A stretch of 64,000 nt of DNA from an uncultured Gemmatimonadales bacterium (lineage in GTDB: Bacteria > Gemmatimonadota > Gemmatimonadetes > Gemmatimonadales > GWC2-71-9), in NCBI GenBank assembly GCA_963773095.1, contig CAVYZY010000008.1, forward strand, positions 86,246 through 150,245. Reading direction: 5' to 3'. Each line of letters opens with the position of its first letter. Within the stretch, counting starts at the first letter, position 1. Shown one piece after another: positions 61,496-64,000 of the stretch. A program made the position numbers and the translations under genes. The notes below the pieces were generated by a model. It saw only the letters and a list, made by a program, of their open reading frames with translations, did not search any database and was not told the DNA's origin.

Positions 61496-63324
61496 GCGGG
61501 CGGCACGCGCGCGGGGGTCCCGTCCTCCACCTGGTAGAACACTGCCCAAGCCCCGAAGCCCACATGCGTGCCGATCACTCCCGTGACCAGCGACACGAAC
61601 ACGTCCTTCGGCTTGTACGCAGCCACGAGCGCATTGCGCAGCCGCTCGGCCTCTTCCGGCGCGTCGGCGTGAGCGATGCCGAAACGGATGGCCGTCGGGC
61701 GCGGCGTGAGCTTCTTCTCGAGCAGCGACAGCACCTTCGGCACCACCAGCTCACGGCCCCGCACGCGGTCGACCGGCGCCACCCGGCCGTCGTCGGTGAG
61801 CGTGAGAATCGGTTTCACGTCGAGCAGGCCGCCCAGCCACGCCTTGCCCCGGCTGACCCGGCCGGAGCGGATCAGGTTGTCGTACGTGTCGACCGACAGG
61901 AACATGCCCGACTGCCGGCGGACCCGGTCGAGCTCCGTGACGATCTCGGCCGCGCTCCATCCCGACTCGGCGAGTTCCGACGCCCGGAGGCCCAGCATCC
62001 CGAGCCCGAGCGACGCGCTCCGGCTGTCGAAGAGGTGCACGCGGTCGATCCCGGAGGCACGCAGCGCCGCGTTGGCCGACTGGAACGTGCCGGACAGCGT
62101 TCCGGATACGAGCAGCACCACGGCTTCGTTGGCCTCATCGCGGGCGTTCCGGAAGGCCCGCACGAACTCGCCGGGCGTGGGCTGCGAGGTCGTGGGCAGT
62201 TCCCTGGCCGCGCGAAGGCGGCGGTAGAACTCCTCCGGCTTGAGCTCGAGCCGGTCCCGGAAGACCTGGTCCCCGAAGATGATCTGCAGGGGAACGAGGG
62301 CGATGTGATGCCGATCGAGTACGGCATCGGCAAGGTCCGCGGAACTGTCACAGACGACGGCCACCGGGCGGCGTTCCGGATGGGCCAGCTTCCGGTGCTG
62401 GGCCCGCATGTCATCGGCCTTAGTCGATACGACCTCGCCCCAGCGCGCCGTATAAGTAAAGACGGCGTCGGGGGTGTCGGTATGCACATGGATCTTCAGG
62501 ATGTCCGAGACCGTCGCGACGACGATCGAACCGCCGAACGCATGCATCGCCTGCCGCACCTCGTTGGCCGGAGGCAGCTGTTCGCCGCGAACCAGCACTT
62601 CGGTGCAGTAGTGGAAGTCACGCTCCGCGGCCACGTCGGCCAGGGCCGCCGGCGAAAAGTCCAGCTCGCCGGCCCGGAACGGCTCTGCCGGCAGGATGGG
62701 ATCCCCCTCGATGAACCGGACCACGCCCTCGAGCATCCGGACGAAGCCCATGCCGCCGGCATCCACCACCCCGGCCTGCTTGAGGACCGCCATGAGCTCC
62801 GGCGTGTTCGCGAGCGCCACCTCGCCATCACGGAGCATCTGGAGCATGAAGTCGCCGATGTCGCTGGTATCGGCGGCGGCGCGCTCGGCCGAGTTGGCGG
62901 CCTCGCGGGCGACGGTCAGGATCGTGCCCTCGCGGGGCTCGTCCAGTGACTGCTCGAGCTTGTTGGCCCCACTCCTGATGGCCGCCGCCACTTCGGCCAC
63001 CGTCGCCGTGCGCTTGTCGCCGACCGACTCGGCGAAGCCCATGAGGAAGTGGGCGAGCATCATGCCCGAGTTGCCGCGTGCGCCGAGCACCGATGCGCGC
63101 GCCATGGTCTTCGCCGTGTCCGGGAGCGACGCGTCGCCGAGCGCCCGGAGGGCGTCGGCGACGGCGCGGAGCGTGAGGCTGAAGTTCGTTCCGGTGTCGC
63201 CATCGGGCACCGGGAACACGTTGATGCGGTTGATCTCGTCGCGGCCCGCGGCCACCCAGTCGGCGGCCGCGAAGAGCGAGCGGGCCAATCGCGGCCCGTC
63301 GACGTAAGCGATGCGGGCGGGCAT
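61492..63324 (-). CDS. DAK2 (FakA-like) - DegV (FakB-like) fusion protein
   Basis: INVFPVPDGDTGTN, GARGNSG, EGTILT, VDAGG, YCTE, KIHVH; then DSSADL, PTTSQP, SGT, RSGR, HVG. Confidence 0.9.
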   Translation of the reverse strand: MPARIAYVDGPRLARSLFAAADWVAAGRDEINRINVFPVPDGDTGTNFSLTLRAVADALRALGDASLPDTAKTMARASVLGARGNSGMMLAHFLMGFAESVGDKRTATVAEVAAAIRSGANKLEQSLDEPREGTILTVAREAANSAERAAADTSDIGDFMLQMLRDGEVALANTPELMAVLKQAGVVDAGGMGFVRMLEGVVRFIEGDPILPAEPFRAGELDFSPAALADVAAERDFHYCTEVLVRGEQLPPANEVRQAMHAFGGSIVVATVSDILKIHVHTDTPDAVFTYTARWGEVVSTKADDMRAQHRKLAHPERRPVAVVCDSSADLADAVLDRHHIALVPLQIIFGDQVFRDRLELKPEEFYRRLRAARELPTTSQPTPGEFVRAFRNARDEANEAVVLLVSGTLSGTFQSANAALRASGIDRVHLFDSRSASLGLGMLGLRASELAESGWSAAEIVTELDRVRRQSGMFLSVDTYDNLIRSGRVSRGKAWLGGLLDVKPILTLTDDGRVAPVDRVRGRELVVPKVLSLLEKKLTPRPTAIRFGIAHADAPEEAERLRNALVAAYKPKDVFVSLVTGVIGTHVGFGAWAVFYQVEDGTPARVPPA

Positions 63325-63328
63325 CGTT

Positions 63329-63775
63329 CTATTCCGGGACGATGTTGACCTTCACCTCGGCGTGAACGTCCGAGTGGAGCCGCACGGTCACGGAGTGGAA
63401 GCCGACCGTCTTGATCGGGTGTTCCAGCTCGAGTTTGCGCTTGTCGACCGTGAATCCCTGCGCCGTGAGCGCCGCGGCGATGTCCTGCGACGTGATCGAG
63501 CCGAAGAGCTTGCCCTCCTCGCCCGCCTTGCCGCGCAGCGTCACGGTGATGCTGGCGAGCTTTGCGGCCAGCTGCTCGGAGGTGGCCTTCTCGGCGCTGG
63601 CCTTGGTGGCGCGCGCCCGGGCCTCGGCATCGATCCGCTTCTTGTTCCCCTCGGTGGCCTCGAAGGCCAGGCCACGGGGCAGCAGGAAATTGCGGGCGTA
63701 GCCCGGCTTCACCCGCACCAGCTGGCCCGCCTTGCCAAGGAACTGCACATCTTCCCGCAGGATCACTTCCATCAT
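63329..63775 (-). CDS. rplI: 50S ribosomal protein L9
   Basis: MEVIL..DV..LG, VKPGYARNFLLP, KLFGSIT. Confidence 0.96.
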   Translation of the reverse strand: MMEVILREDVQFLGKAGQLVRVKPGYARNFLLPRGLAFEATEGNKKRIDAEARARATKASAEKATSEQLAAKLASITVTLRGKAGEEGKLFGSITSQDIAAALTAQGFTVDKRKLELEHPIKTVGFHSVTVRLHSDVHAEVKVNIVPE

Positions 63776-64000
63776 CACTTGGTTCCTCCGGTGGTCGGCG
63801 CCATGCGGCGCCGGAAGTCGAGCCACGTGTCGGCGAGCCCGAGAATGGTCAGGCCGCTCGCCACAAAGGCAAACATGAGGATGGTGAGCACCGTGTACAG
63901 CGCGATGCCCATCGGCGACACGCGTCCGGTTCCGGCGCGGAAGACAGCCCCGCCACGGAGCGCATATAGCACCAGCATGACCAGCAGCACATTGACCGCG
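63775..64000 (-). CDS. DUF2232/YybS-like membrane protein, C-terminal part
   Basis: Hydrophobic; ends LGLADTWLDFRRR; typical position upstream of rplI; truncated by the window. Confidence 0.7.
   Translation of the reverse strand, partial: AVNVLLVMLVLYALRGGAVFRAGTGRVSPMGIALYTVLTILMFAFVASGLTILGLADTWLDFRRRMAPTTGGTK

Overview
High-GC bacterial chromosomal core region, probably Gemmatimonadota (inferred from gene content and order, not verified). It has about 57 densely packed CDSs. These include mnmA/iscS, a Ser/Thr kinase, bshB1, a TolC-MacA-ATPase cluster with four MacB permeases, an NtrY-like kinase and NtrX-like regulator, comM, ggt, sua5, arfB, a sigma-70 factor, metY-carbonic anhydrase-metX, yajQ, crp, rpmE-prfA-prmC-ylbF-tmk-ctpA, lolA, aroF, smc, an Omp85-peptidase fusion, rsfS, a DAK2-DegV fusion and rplI. 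I saw no tRNA, rRNA, CRISPR array, IS or prophage. The main finding lies upstream of metY. A sigma70 promoter drives an apparently leaderless 32-aa Cys/Met-rich leader peptide ([14 protein letters not shown]...), which is absent from the ORF track. It overlaps mutually exclusive 1:2, 2:3 and 3:4 hairpins that end in an intrinsic terminator, the layout of a ribosome-dependent transcription attenuator sensing sulfur amino acids. The operon it controls places a clade-D-like beta-carbonic anhydrase between metY and metX, suggesting sulfur scavenging by the route COS -> H2S -> homocysteine. A family of 7/8/9-mer tandem-repeat hairpins, several degenerate pseudo-domains and a probable CTG start codon are also present.
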